DNA of 63,988 nt, filler included, from Reticulomyxa filosa (taxonomy: Eukaryota; Protista; Foraminifera), in NCBI GenBank assembly GCA_000512085.1. It is 22 parts of 22 records of this genome, joined end to end, with 100 filler letters (N's around TTAATTAATTAA, not from the genome) between each part and the next. Parts side by side here need not be neighbours in the genome. Positions count along the whole stretch, not along the records: positions 12,269 to 13,299 come from ASPP01042794.1; positions 13,400 to 15,882 come from ASPP01039005.1; positions 15,983 to 17,772 come from ASPP01003291.1; positions 17,873 to 28,693 come from ASPP01008019.1; 18 more parts are not named here. The stretch is one strand, 5' to 3'. The notes under the pieces were generated by a model. The model was not told the origin of the DNA. It made no database searches and saw only the letters and a list, made by a program, of their open reading frames with translations. How positions within the stretch are numbered: the stretch's first letter is position 1; each line of letters opens with the position of its first letter. A program made the translations under genes and the position numbers. Positions 12,415 through 25,268 of this stretch are shown here, piece by piece.

Positions 12415-13954
12415 TTTACTTTTTTTGTTAAATAAGAAATGAAAGTTTTTTTGCTTGAAAAGTTCGATTTAAAAAAAAATATATTAACATGTTTGATTTG
12501 ATTGAATACAACTATTGAAAGTTTGTTTTATCTTATTTTGTTGTTTAAAAAAATGAAAACGCAGCATTCAATGTTTGAAAGCAAAACAAATGAAAGTTGT
12601 GTTCAATTGCATGGTTTAAGAAAGGGAAAAGATATCTTAAATTTAAAAGGCAGGCAGCAAAATAATATATTTTTTTGATCAATGAATGTAATTTGAAATG
12701 AATTATATTGATCCTTTATAAAAATTTCACCCGGAACATCGACAATATAAAAATATTAAAAGAGGATAAATTTATGACTTTGATAAAATATGCTAGGCTA
12801 TTTAATATTCAACTTAGTCTAAAGCATTTGAAGAAACGAAAATTCTATCATTACATGATGAAAGAATGTATTTTGGTCATAACAACAGAGTTGATAAGTT
12901 TTCATTTGATATTTCATGAACATATTATCATATCAAATAATTATTCAAAAATTGAACTCAAAGATTGATATTCAATTTTGACATAATAAAGTATAAAACA
13001 TTCAATTCTTTTGTATCACATTAACAAAAATATTTAAAATATTCATTAAATTATTAAAAAGTGTTTTTTTACATAAACATAAATCTTTGCTGTGCTGACA
13101 TTTAATGAAGAAATAGGAAATTATTTTGTAAATATCATTTAAATTTATGATTTATTTTTTGGACAATAAATAACAGTTTAGATCGCTGATCAATCATTTG
13201 ACTACATCAAAAAAAAAAATAATGTCGCCAATCTCATTGCATTGTTAATCGAAGTGCTGAAGAAATGTCAAGAGTATTTGAAACAGCTGACAGCCAATCN
13301 NNNNNNNNNNNNNNNNNNNNNNNNNNNNNNNNNNNNNNNNNNNTTAATTAATTAANNNNNNNNNNNNNNNNNNNNNNNNNNNNNNNNNNNNNNNNNNNNT
13401 GTCTTTGTTGATCAACGAGGCTTTCAGGTCCTGCAAACGAGAGGACGAGCAAGATACCCAATATCTCGACGAATATACACACTATTTTCACACAGTTTGA
13501 TAGCTAGCTTGAGAGTGCAAGCATTTTGTCAATGCTTTTGGAAGTAATCGGCTCGTGTAAATATCATCATTTTTTTGTGAAGGGCATACTACAACTCACT
13601 TGAAAACACTTTTTGTTATTTCTTTGTTTAATCTTGTAATCAATTTATTTTCACTTATTGAAATTTACAGAATTCTTGTGGATAATACAGTTGTCAATAA
13701 AATTGAATTTGACTTAAATGTCGCAAAGTGCAATTTTTTTAATTTTTTGCCAAAAACAATTATCATTTTGATTGGTCTGTAATGTGAAGCTACAAGAGAT
13801 TCTTAACAAAGACAAAATATTGCTCGGTTCATCCGACTTTATTGTAACAGGTTATTGTTTTGCTTTTTTGGTTGGTAATGCATAACTACTATCGCTTGCT
13901 CTACTCAATCTTCTTTTTTTTCCTGGTTTTCTCCCATTTTTACGATTATTTTTT

Positions 13955-15680
13955 ATAGTAGATATTTTGGGTTTTACCAATACCAAGCATGTACTAACGT
14001 ACTGATTATTTAAGTCATAAGTGCCACGGCTGTCATCTCATAACGTTTGATCTTTGTTTACATATGCTAAATAGACTGGATAGTCATCAGGGTTCATGTC
14101 AGTCCACCTAAGCCACTTTGGAATTGTACAACGATTTTCTAATGCAACATTATTTAGATAGATGAGAGGTAGAATACAAAGTTTAAGTATACATTAGAAA
14201 CAAAGAAAATGTTTGTAGCAAACTGTGTCCCAAAATAATATCTGTTTCGGTCCATTCTTCGATAGCAATGCCTAGTCAATCCAAACATATATCAATCCAT
14301 TGACATAAGCACAAGGGAACAACTTCAGCCAATAAAAAAAACAAACAAACAAAAAAGTACATTTAATATCGTTATTATCGTGATCAGACTCAAATTCATC
14401 AATCTCTAAGTTAATTTTGCAACATGTTACAAAAGAATGGAACACTTGGCTCAGTATTTTGTAAATAGCGATATCGCGTCCTTTTAAATTTGCGCGATTA
14501 AATTCACATTTTTCCATCTTGTGTCCAGTGTAGGAATGAGAGAACACTACGCATACTGCTCTGTTCCCTATAGTTTTTTGACGACTATACACATTTACGG
14601 ACAACAGTTTTTTAATTTCATCAATGACTCGATAGTCATTTGCCATTGTAATGATTAAATCTACAATTTCTTGATAGAGATCTAGTTTAAACAGCACGTA
14701 TACGCATTGTAATAATGTTTCAGCCACCTTGTTCAATTCAGTGAGCGCTGTCAATTTATTTTTAACTTTACAAAGTAAAAAAAAAAAATCCATCAAAACT
14801 CGTTTGTCGTTCAAAGATATCGATGATGTTTCAATTTTTGATGAAGCTTTAAAGTATTTGAGGTCATCTTGGAACTTTGTCGGAACAATCAAATTGAAGT
14901 CAATCATAACTCGTCGTCCTTTGGTGGCAGGTTTAATTTCGTAAGAAATGTCAGTGTAAAACGCCAGCCAATCCATTTGCAGCGCTCCGTCACTTTTTTC
15001 TTCTTGTGATGGATTCCACTCAACATTTTTGCCTTCAAACGATAATACCAAACTTCCGCCTTCCAATCCTTCTTCGGTTGGTAAGGACAGCAACAATGTA
15101 CCAAAATGTCCCTTTTGATACTTTGTGTTCACATGATGATTAAAAAAATCGCCTTCACATCAAACACAATTTTTTAAAATAACAATTATTAAAAAAAAAT
15201 GTAAAGCACCCAACTTGCTTCATATACTAAAAACTTATAAGGCACTGCTGTAATGAATTCAATGTGCATAGCTAACTCAAGTTGGATTTTCCTTAAGATC
15301 GGGTTATTGAGTGAGCTAAGCCAAAACATTTTCAGACCAAACTGTCCACTGTTCAGCTCGACTACCTTGCGCACCTCTTTGCCAATCTTAGTTTCTGTTC
15401 CATGCCCGTAAGGACTCTCCGTGCTTATTTCTATAATCTTGGATAGAACTTTGTCTTTTATGGGAAATGTCAATGGGTTCGCAAAGTCTCCAAGAGAGGG
15501 AATGTTCACAATTGGGAACTCTATATTTTCATCATTCGTATATTCTTTTAATCTAACGTTTGTTATTTCTCGAGACTTTCTTTAACTCTCTTTGCCTCGG
15601 CAATGAAACGTGTCTGAAAAACCACACACGAAGCTATCAAAAGTGTTAATAAATTCCGCATCTTTGAGTATATCTGCCAT
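13955..15680 (-). pseudogene. 2OG-Fe(II) oxygenase-like gene with lost metal ligands and an in-frame stop
   Basis: Motifs SPYGHGTETKI, PYKFLVYE, DFFNHHVNT, HFGTLLLSLP, EGGSLVL and AFYTDISYEIKPATKGRR. In-frame TAA at 15582-15584 downstream of the ATG at 15680. The 3' end is approximate. Confidence 0.7.
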
Positions 15681-16699
15681 ATTCTTCTAATTTCTTTTTT
15701 GTGAAAGAAGCGTTATATTGCTTTTTTTTTTTTTTTTGGTTAGGATGATTCTTTTCTTAGTTCCCTTTCGTTCAGAGCAACTTCTGGGCATGTGGCCGAG
15801 CTATATCACTTTTGTTTTCCCGTTTGGTAATATGTAACCAAAAGATTTTTACTGAAATCTTTTAAAAAAAGTTATAGAATAANNNNNNNNNNNNNNNNNN
15901 NNNNNNNNNNNNNNNNNNNNNNNNNNTTAATTAATTAANNNNNNNNNNNNNNNNNNNNNNNNNNNNNNNNNNNNNNNNNNNNTGGAATTGGTTCAAGTCG
16001 TTTTTATTGATGCATTCAAAAATCTTTTTATGTTGAAAAAAAAAGATTTTTCTAGTGAAAAAGAAAATTGGAAAATATAATTAACAAAAATTATTGGATA
16101 TTATAAAAATTATGTGTATGATATTCCTATATTTGTATTTACATTGTATATGAATCAATTTCATATCAAATATATTTTAAATTTTGCAATCCACATTTAA
16201 CAAGGCAGTTTGCTTAATCACCAGTGTTGAATGTTTCTTGTGTGGATGTGAAATTGATGTGAGTATTGGCTAATAAATTGAAATATATTTTAAATCAAAT
16301 ATACTAATATCTACAAATTCTCACATAAGAATTTGCCATAAAATAACAAAAAGAGAGTTTTTTGTGGAAATTGATATAATTTAAAGAATTTAGTATTTTC
16401 CATTGTGATTTCTAAAATGTCTGCTTTCTATTAAGTGAATAGATTATTTTTTTTTAAGGAACGAGGAAGAGCAACGATGGAATAGAAATATGAATTGTGT
16501 GGAAAAAAAAATGTAAAATTATAAAAAGTCCAATCTTTCTACAAGCAATAATCATTAGTACAATGAGGAAAAGACAAAAAATTAAAAGAAAGAGAAACTG
16601 TAGGTGTTTTTAAAGATGTTCAATAAAGAGTGGGGAAATCAACTTAATCACCTTATTTGTTAATTTGCAATAAGCTATTTATAAATATGGTAATTTTTT

Positions 16700-17772
16700 A
16701 AATCTGTTCAATGCTTCATCAACCAATAACAATATGAAACAAATTAATCACTCGCTCCAATGTTCAAAAGGTAACATTTCTGGCCCATTAAACAGTACAA
16801 TGAAGATTGCAAAATATCTTGTTTTTCGTAAATTCTATTGACTGAAGTAATAGCCCGAAATAATAAACATTCAATTTCTTCTTCCATTGTATTTTCTTTG
16901 CATACCAAAATATATTCAAATCAAGGAGACTCCAATATTTTTGAATAACCAAAACATTAAGCATTATATATGTATCTTGAATTATTAAATTGGGTTTGCT
17001 ATATTCAAGTCCACATAAAGATACAAGGACATTTCAAATTGGCCCAAATATCTAAAAACAAGGTGCAAATTTCCATTTTTTCAACAAAAGGCAAAGCATC
17101 AGAAATATTGGAATCAATATGTTGCAAAAATGGAAAGATAAATTTATAGCAAAGTATTACTCGATATTTTTGGCTACAGTCTACAATATCATTTAATTTT
17201 TTGGAAAGATAAATGTAAAGTAATTTAATATTGGATATTCGTTCTCAATTTTATATATTACTTTTACCATTCTCTTCGACTAGAAAAGAGATATGATCTA
17301 GGTCCTTGTCGCAGCACTTTTTGAATTTGACAGTGAAATCATTATCACGTTTGTAAATTGCTAAAATCATTATTGCAACTTAACTTGCCTCTTTTAAATT
17401 GGCATCCCAAATATACCCGCGGATATTTTCGTTGACTTGCACGCAGTGCACTTACCAATTGCTGGAATCGGATTTCCTTGCAATTGTTCAATGTCTCCAT
17501 AGTGTTTACAAAATACTCTTTATTTGTAAAATGTTCGTTAGTTGCCAATTGTTTGATCAATTTTTCTTCATATTTTACAATTAAATCACACTTCAAAATC
17601 ACATTTCCAAAGCAGCTTACACATTCATCATAATATTGAGACAAGAGTTGAATTAAAGGCTTTTGCTTTCCAAGTTTTTTGAAAATGTTCTCCAATGACT
17701 GAATGGAGAAATTCCAATTAATGTCATCTTTCATTATATTGTTTGATTTGTGATATTTTTTTAAAGCTTCGG
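16700..17772 (-). pseudogene. Decayed fragment of a large hypothetical protein
   Basis: ORF 17345-17734 is followed by coding-like sequence broken by stops and frameshifts. Family not identified; left boundary approximate. Confidence 0.35.
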
Positions 17773-17949
17773 NNNNNNNNNNNNNNNNNNNNNNNNNNNN
17801 NNNNNNNNNNNNNNNNTTAATTAATTAANNNNNNNNNNNNNNNNNNNNNNNNNNNNNNNNNNNNNNNNNNNNAAATAACAAAACTAACGAACTTAACTTT
17901 TTTAAAAAAAAAAAAAAATAGTCAAAAAAAAAAAAAAAAAAAAGAACTT

Positions 17950-18302
17950 TCATATTCGAAGCTGTCTGGCATGACAACGTTGGCAATACTCTTTGCCTTT
18001 GGTACACTATTATTTGTCGATGGTGATGATGGTGATGATGAAAGTGAGGATAAGGGTGGGGTAGCTGACGCACTATTGTCGCACGTTGCGATCGAATAGT
18101 GGGATTGTTGCCAATGTGACAACGCTCCTAGTCCTAAACCCGCAATTGCGGCACCTAACATCGACCAGTTGTTGAAGTGCCATTCGCTCGGTGAAGACGC
18201 GAACAACGAACATGCTGATGATGACCATAATGCTGCCACGCTCTTCTCGTTCAATTCCAACGCAATTGAACTAGTTGGTCTTGTCAACAATTGTCCTTCC
18301 AT
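17950..18302 (-). CDS. 5' exon of a hypothetical protein with an N-terminal hydrophobic segment, divergent from MIOX
   Basis: MEGQLL...WSMLGAAIAGLGLGAL, then a Ser/Pro linker running into a poly-T intron and the contig end. Confidence 0.4.
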
Positions 18303-18941
18303 CTTCTTCTTTCTGTGCCATCGCTTCGTTTTTGTTATGCTTCGGGTACATCTTTTGTGTTGTTTTTTTTTCCCCTTTCGCATCCATGTTTTTTTTACTG
18401 TTTAAAAAAAATTAAAATTGCCAACACAACATTGTTAAACCTATTCAGGAACATTTGTGTATGATTGAAAGAAGTTTAATATAATTGCAAATGCAAGGGT
18501 CTTCGTTGAAAAAAAACTGTTCACGACCGGTAAAAACCAAAAGAAAAAAAAACTGAAACTACTGCAACTATTTGCAAAGTGTATACTCTTCACTGATGTT
18601 GTAATTGGAAAAATAGTTATGTCAATATTCGAATTTGATGGGACTATTGGTATTATAATAGTGTACTTAACACTGCAAATCATTTCTTAAGGAAATGTAC
18701 ATCACATATACAAACTCTTTAAAGAGGTTTAATTTATTCACTTGAATAATAAATTGATTCGATAAAAAAGCAAGTTACGAATTAAAATGGCATTACTTTT
18801 GATTACACTGTCCACGTCTCTTTCGTATAAGCGACTTTCGTTTGTGTTCGGTTAACGTACAGTACGTAGGTCAAAGAATTTTTTTTAAAAAAGAAAGCAA
18901 GGGGAAAAAAAGGTTTTTGCTTTGAAGGAAGAAAAAACGAG

Positions 18942-20278
18942 ATGACGACCCACGGAAGTTGTAAGAAACGTTCTCTTTGTGAACTAGATTCTTGCAGTGC
19001 TCAAAATGAGCCAGCAACGAAAAAAGCCAAAGTGCAAACTTGTTCAGGCGAAACAAAGGAAGAGCCAAAGGCGACAGACCATCATGGCCATGCAAACGGA
19101 ACCAAGGGAACAAACGGAACAAACGGAACAGAGTCCTGGGCAATAGACCCGAATAAGAAAGAATCGGAATTCCGAAACTACGCAACGGGAAAAAGACAAG
19201 AAACAGTGCAAAACTTTTACAAAGAGCAACACACAAAGATGACCTATGAAGTGGCTTTGAAAAAGCGGGAAGAGCATTTGAAATTTAACAAATGTGTCAT
19301 GACTGTGTTACGTACAATTTTTTTAAAAACATCCTCAAAAAAACTTTTTTAAAGTTCAACTTTTTTTTGTTGAAAAAAGTTGGGATATGATACACTATTT
19401 GGATCAAGTAGTTGATGACAGTGACCCAGACACGAACTTGACACAAGTTTGTCTTTTTTTTTTGTTTTATTTTTTTTATGTACATACAATTGTTGAAAAT
19501 GATTTCAAATTGATATACTTGCAACTTTGTTCTCTTTTTGACTTCTTCAATACAGATTGAACATGCAATCCAAACTGGAGAAGCAGCGCGCAAAGTGTAT
19601 CCAGGATCAGAGTACGATTGGTTCCACGTGACGGCACTGATCCACGATTTGGGGAAAATATTGGCGGTGAAGGATGACTCGAAAAACTTGAAAAAAGAAC
19701 CGCAATGGTGTGTTGTAGGAGATACATTTCCAGTTGGATGCCAATTCAGTGAAACCAACATCTTTTACGATGACTTTGCCGACAATCCTGACAACCGTGA
19801 CAAACGATACAACACGTTTTACGGAGTTTATTCGCCCAAATGTGGCTTGAATGAGGTTGTCATGTCGTGGGGACATGATGAGTACATGTATCATGTTATG
19901 TACACTTTTTTTTTTTAACACCATATTCAAAAGTTTGTACATTTATCCAATGTTTTTTTGAAGTGTTGTGATGATGCCTTTTTTAAAACAAGTGTGTACG
20001 TTGTTGGAATTCTCCTCCTATAGGTTGCAAAAACTCAAAGCACTCTCCCTGAGCAAGCGTTGTACATTCTTCGCTTTCACTCGTTTTATCCTTGGCATAA
20101 CAAACACGGTTATATGCACTTGTGCAATGACAAAGACTTGGAAAATTTGAAATGGGTCAAAGCATTTCAAAAATGTGATTTGTATTCCAAATCTCAAGTT
20201 TGTCCAAAGCTTGAAGATATTGTTAGCTATTACAAGCCCCTTCTTGAAAAATATTTCCCCAAACCTGTTCGCTGGTAA
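18942..20278 (+). CDS. MIOX: myo-inositol oxygenase (complete, 4 exons)
   Basis: Exons 18942-19306, 19380-19446, 19556-19894 and 20024-20278 splice in frame. Motifs FRNY, FYKEQH, VDDSDPD, IEHAIQTGE, LIHDLGK, QWCVVGDTFPVGC, SWGHDEYMY, RFHSFYPWH and DLYSK. Confidence 0.96.
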
Positions 20279-23005
20279 CTTTATAAACGGATTACATACA
20301 AATGTTGCTGTTTAATTGGTATTCCACTCAAAAATAAATAAATACGCCTTAAATAAGTAACAGGTTTTTTTTCTAAAAAAAATTTTCCCATGTTTGTGAA
20401 ATCATTTTTGTGGGGATGGAAATATTTTGTTTTTGAGGATGACTAAGGATAATGGAATCTTTTAATTTGGTAACACACGGAAAAAAATTGTTCATTTATT
20501 TTTATTTTCCTCCGGTGATATTCTGTCTGTATCCTGGATTGGACAAACGTTTTTTTTTAATGTCATTATATTTTTAATCTACATAAAATCGTAATTTTAA
20601 ACTCAAATCTTTTTATCAAAAAAGGATATGTTATCAAACATATATATAAAAAGATAATTTGTAGCTAAAAACAGATAAGGCTGTATAAAAACGTATTAAT
20701 TGTTTAATGTTGGCATTGAATAACAACAAATAAATAATCTTTGTATACATTTTTGATACAAAGAAACTCTTTAAATAACATTAGTTTTAAAATGGTTTTA
20801 TTAAGAAAATAAGTTTTTTCCTCTGCTCACTTTGACCTTTTGTTAGAACTTTACATCAAATATATCAAAATTAAAAAGATTTTTTTTTATCAAAGCAAAA
20901 ACATAAAAATACAGAACTTTCGCAAGGGGTCACGAGCACAAAACTTTTTCAACTTTTCTGTAAGACAAACTTTTTTAGATAAAACAACGAAATGTGTTTT
21001 CTTCAGACAGTAAGTAAAGATTTCTTCTTTGTTGGTTTTTCTATGACGCTTACACTTCGAGACACGACAAAAAACACGCTGCCACTTTTTTACTTAATTT
21101 TTTTGGAAAAAAATACACAATAAAATGTGACATTGAATATGTAAAGATTTATATATTTAAATAAATAAAGAAAAATCAGTTTCGCGTTTTTGCGCGTTAA
21201 AAAAAAGTGCAAGTAAATTAAACTAAAATTAGAGTACTGAAAAAAGAATGTTATTTGTTATATGTAGTTTTTTTTGTTTGGAAGATTACAGTCTAAATAA
21301 ACTTTAAACATGTTAGATTGATTTACATTTTGCCTTGGCAAGGCAAATCTTAATAGCAAGAATGCCAAAGTGAACTAAAAATTTTTATAGTGATTATTAG
21401 TTTTAAGACTTTTTTGTTGCTGAGTTAAAATTATGAATACATTTTCGCAATATAACTAATTTTTGATTTTTTTTGAAATAAACAATATATAATAAACCGA
21501 AATAATGCCAATAACACACAAAATTTCATTTACTTTATTATTGATGAATAAAAAAATTACAAACAACTGTTTACCTTTTATTTTTCAAAAAGGTGAAAGA
21601 AAAAAGCAATGCATGAATTTCTTTATTAATCAACTGTTTTTTTCTTTTATTGTAATTATAAACAATAACTTTTTCCCTATTTAAAAACTTAGTATGATAT
21701 TTTTTTCAAAGCTTCTTTATAAACGTTGAAATCTTTTCGAAATTGATTTGGAGTTTTTGTAATATAAGAGAAAAAAATTTACGTCATGATTGATCAAATA
21801 ATCTATTTACCATAAACTTCACAAAATTGATAGTCAACTTAACATACTTAACTGAACAAACACAAAATGTCTCATAATGTAATTCATAACTAATCAGCAA
21901 CAAAAAACCAGACAAACTTTTTCTTCAAAGATTGAGTTATGTAACATTAAGTTTATATTTATTATTCTAATGTTTATCAAGATTGAAATAGCTCAAAAGT
22001 AGCTTTATTCGAAACATTTTTCCTTTTACAGTATAAATTATTTAAAATCATAACTTCGCATGTCGCGTCGAATTCACTTTTAATTGTTAGGATCAACGTG
22101 GATTTGTTTGTGTCTTGGCAACAGTACAATCTTTACTTAGTGTATCGTGCATTAAAATCTATAACAATAAATGGGTTTGAGTTCTATATGTTGCAAAGCG
22201 TCCAGGTGCCACTAGCAAAGACAAGAGAGCACTCCACACAAATTTTTTTTTTGAAGGAAAGAGCTACTTGAAGGGGGCTATGAAAGAATAAAATATTTGC
22301 GAGGACAAAAATTTAGAATTTTTTGAAATGCTGGCCATTTATGACATTATTTAACAATTTGATTTTGCAAGGAAAAAATGTTAATATTCGAGGATGTGAT
22401 TTCAAAAGTGTTTTTTTACAGTCGATTGTACATGAAGTTTTTTTTTTTTTGTGTCGGAGTGAGACGTATATGTTTTGTTTATTTCTGGGTTTGTTGTTTT
22501 TGATTGAATGATTGTTTTCAACATCTTCGTTCTTATTGTAATACTGGATTGAGAGAACCAAGAAAGGTACCACGTGATGAAAAAGAAATAATTTACATTG
22601 GCAAGACAGTGGACAAAGTAAATTCGAAGTGCACTACGACATTGCTTTTCTCCTCCAAACATTTCGTCAACCAGTGTGCCATTGCAAAAGTGTGTGCAAC
22701 ACACGGGAGAAAAAAAACAAATAAATAAATGGATATTGTCCTTGTGGGGGGTATTTTTTATGAAGAGTAGAAAAAAAGAGAAAGAAGGGACGATACCAAA
22801 TAGAAATTTCAACTGGACAATAGCAAATTAGGACGGAATCCGAGAACTAGATTCAAAAATTAGGTTCATGTATATTTTAATTTTTGGCGACAAAATTGCA
22901 AACAAAAAAATGGTATTTCAAACATTAAATTGGAAGAAAATGTTTGGACGACATTGATGTGAATTTAGGTTTGATTGTCATGAGTTTGGTGTGTATGTGT
23001 GTCGT

Positions 23006-25268
23006 TTATTGATGTTCATCTTTTTCGAGATGATGGAAACTTCGTTTTCGGCTTGCTGTCAAAGGCTTATTTCCATTGCCGGCATTTGAGGAATGAGACT
23101 GATGACTGTGAGCAGTGAACTTTGCATTTTCAATTTGAATGATTCCAGACGCACCAAAGTGTTTTTTGGGATGCGAATGGTTTTGGCGAACGGGGTTTGG
23201 AAGAGAGCCGAAGGAAGAGCTGTGGTGATGATGATGACGATGACGATCCTGTCTGTGTTCGTGTTTGGGATAGTCGTACTCATAGGTATAATTGTATCCA
23301 TATCCACATTGATACGCCCAAAGTGGTGCGAGAGCAACGTAATTATCGTGAGTTTGCAGACCAGACAAATAAGGAGAAAAATACAAGTGTTGAGAATGTC
23401 CGCTGAGATGCATAAAGCGATATCCGCACTCCTCTTTGGAAAGCACCTGCACATCCTCATTGAGTCCGACACACACATGGCGAAGCCACGATTGATTGTT
23501 GGCCAACAATAGTCTCGCTCGCAGACACTCTCCAAAAATGTGCTTTGCAGTCGAAAAGCGAACATTTTTGGCCACGTTGTTGTCACCACGAATGGGATCC
23601 TTGATGCACACAGTCATTTGTTCGGGTCGTGTCAAGCTGTCAAGATAGTCACGACAATTTTTTGTATTAAATCCAACACACCCAATGTCAATCTCATATA
23701 TCTCATATGGAAATGAGCTCCACAATTCAAAGAATCCATACAACCACTCTCCCAAACTTTGTTTATTCTTAGTCTCTGGATGACCCGACGTCGATCCATT
23801 TTCCTCGTTTTTATTTTTATTTTTATCGTTATCATTATCTTTGGTCTTGTTATTGTTATTGTCATTGCGTGTTTGCGCATAGCCGGCAAACGGACACAAA
23901 GGATGGATGGACGTTTGAATGCGATATGACCCGGCCTTGTGTTTGTCGTCAGTCGAAGGCACAGCCTTGACTTGTAGTACGGGGAGAACGGGGTCGGTGA
24001 GAGATTGCAAGTATTTTATTCCTGAGATAGATACATGCATGTGTATGTGTATGTGTATGTGTGTGTGTGAATAAAATGCAATGATAGGACAGAACAGAGA
24101 GAGAGAGAGAGAGAGAGAGAGAACAAACAACACTTAACCCATTTAACCGTAACCAAACGAGTTCATTTTTCCATTGAGGGCATCATTGATGTGACGGACC
24201 TTGCTCCAATGCTTGACAGCGCATAGAAAGGCATAGACCTGTTGGGCGGCGTTGGTGGACGAGTTCCACTTCAAATACGTCTGCAACAACTCCACAATCA
24301 GAGCTTGCTTTCGATAGATGGACACATCCATTTCGAGCTGCACATTTGTGTCTTTGACTTGAATGATCGGCACGCTCGCCGTGGAGATCATGTTGACTAA
24401 CAGACTCACATTCGCCGCCGCCTGCTTGCGCTGTTCGACGAAATGGATCAGCTCTTCGTACACTTGTTGCAACAGAAACAACTCGTCGTGCTTTGCCAAT
24501 GGCTCCGCGTTCACACTCACATTGTCATTGCCAATAGCAATGTCCACGTCCGACTCGTTCGTGTCCAATTCCAACTCGTAACTGCCAAAGGCGTGCACTA
24601 ACACTGGCATTAGATTGCCAATGTCCTTTCGTCCTTTGTTATTTGTGTCTGCTGTTGTCGCATCCTCCTTTGCTTCGTTGGCTCTCCAATCCATTCCCAA
24701 CAGTTGCAGAAATCGTCGCGACAATGCCTTGTCTTTGCTGCTATATGCTCGCTCCACACATTGTCGGACCATCGTTTGGATCAACTCTATCAGATATCTC
24801 TTCTGTCGACGATTGTTTTCCGTTGGTCTCGTCGCTTCGTAATGTGTCCATACTTCTTCCGTTACCTTTGTTCGTATCCAATCACAACTATTGGTTTTTT
24901 TTTTGTTTTCGAAAAATATTCACACTTTTCCTCTCCCCCCCCCCCCTTTCATACACACATGACACCAGTCGCAAACTTTTTAAAAAAAAAAAAAAATTGG
25001 CAAGTCGACAAAACTTTGTCGATTGCAATGACGACTGATTCTCCTGCTCAACAAACAATCCTTGTGACAATCTCGAAGAATTTTCTGTAGAATGATTTTC
25101 ATTTGCTTTAGCTTCCGTCTGAATTGGTTCTGTCTCTTTTGCTTCATTCATTTTTGTCATATCAGATTTACTGATATTAAATACCACGGACTGCTCATTT
25201 ATCCTACGTTTTTTCACTGCTGGCGCAAAAACTACTCGATGTGATGGATCTGTCATCACAGTTTGCAT
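23006..25268 (-). CDS. Non-canonical poly(A) polymerase / terminal nucleotidyltransferase (Cid1/Trf4/GLD-2 superfamily)
   Basis: FGSY...SDVDI (GS plus DxD), ASVPII, MDVS, VKHWSKVRHINDALNGKMNSFG, LGEWLYGFF and IKDPIRGDNNVAKNV. Introns at about 24030-24145 and 24890-25010. The start codon is uncertain. Confidence 0.85.

Noticed and set aside
20300-22900. Short ORFs and possible RNA genes in long AT-rich stretches (also 42900-45600 and 53700-55600)
   Set aside because: No recognisable protein motif, tRNA cloverleaf or rRNA similarity by eye.
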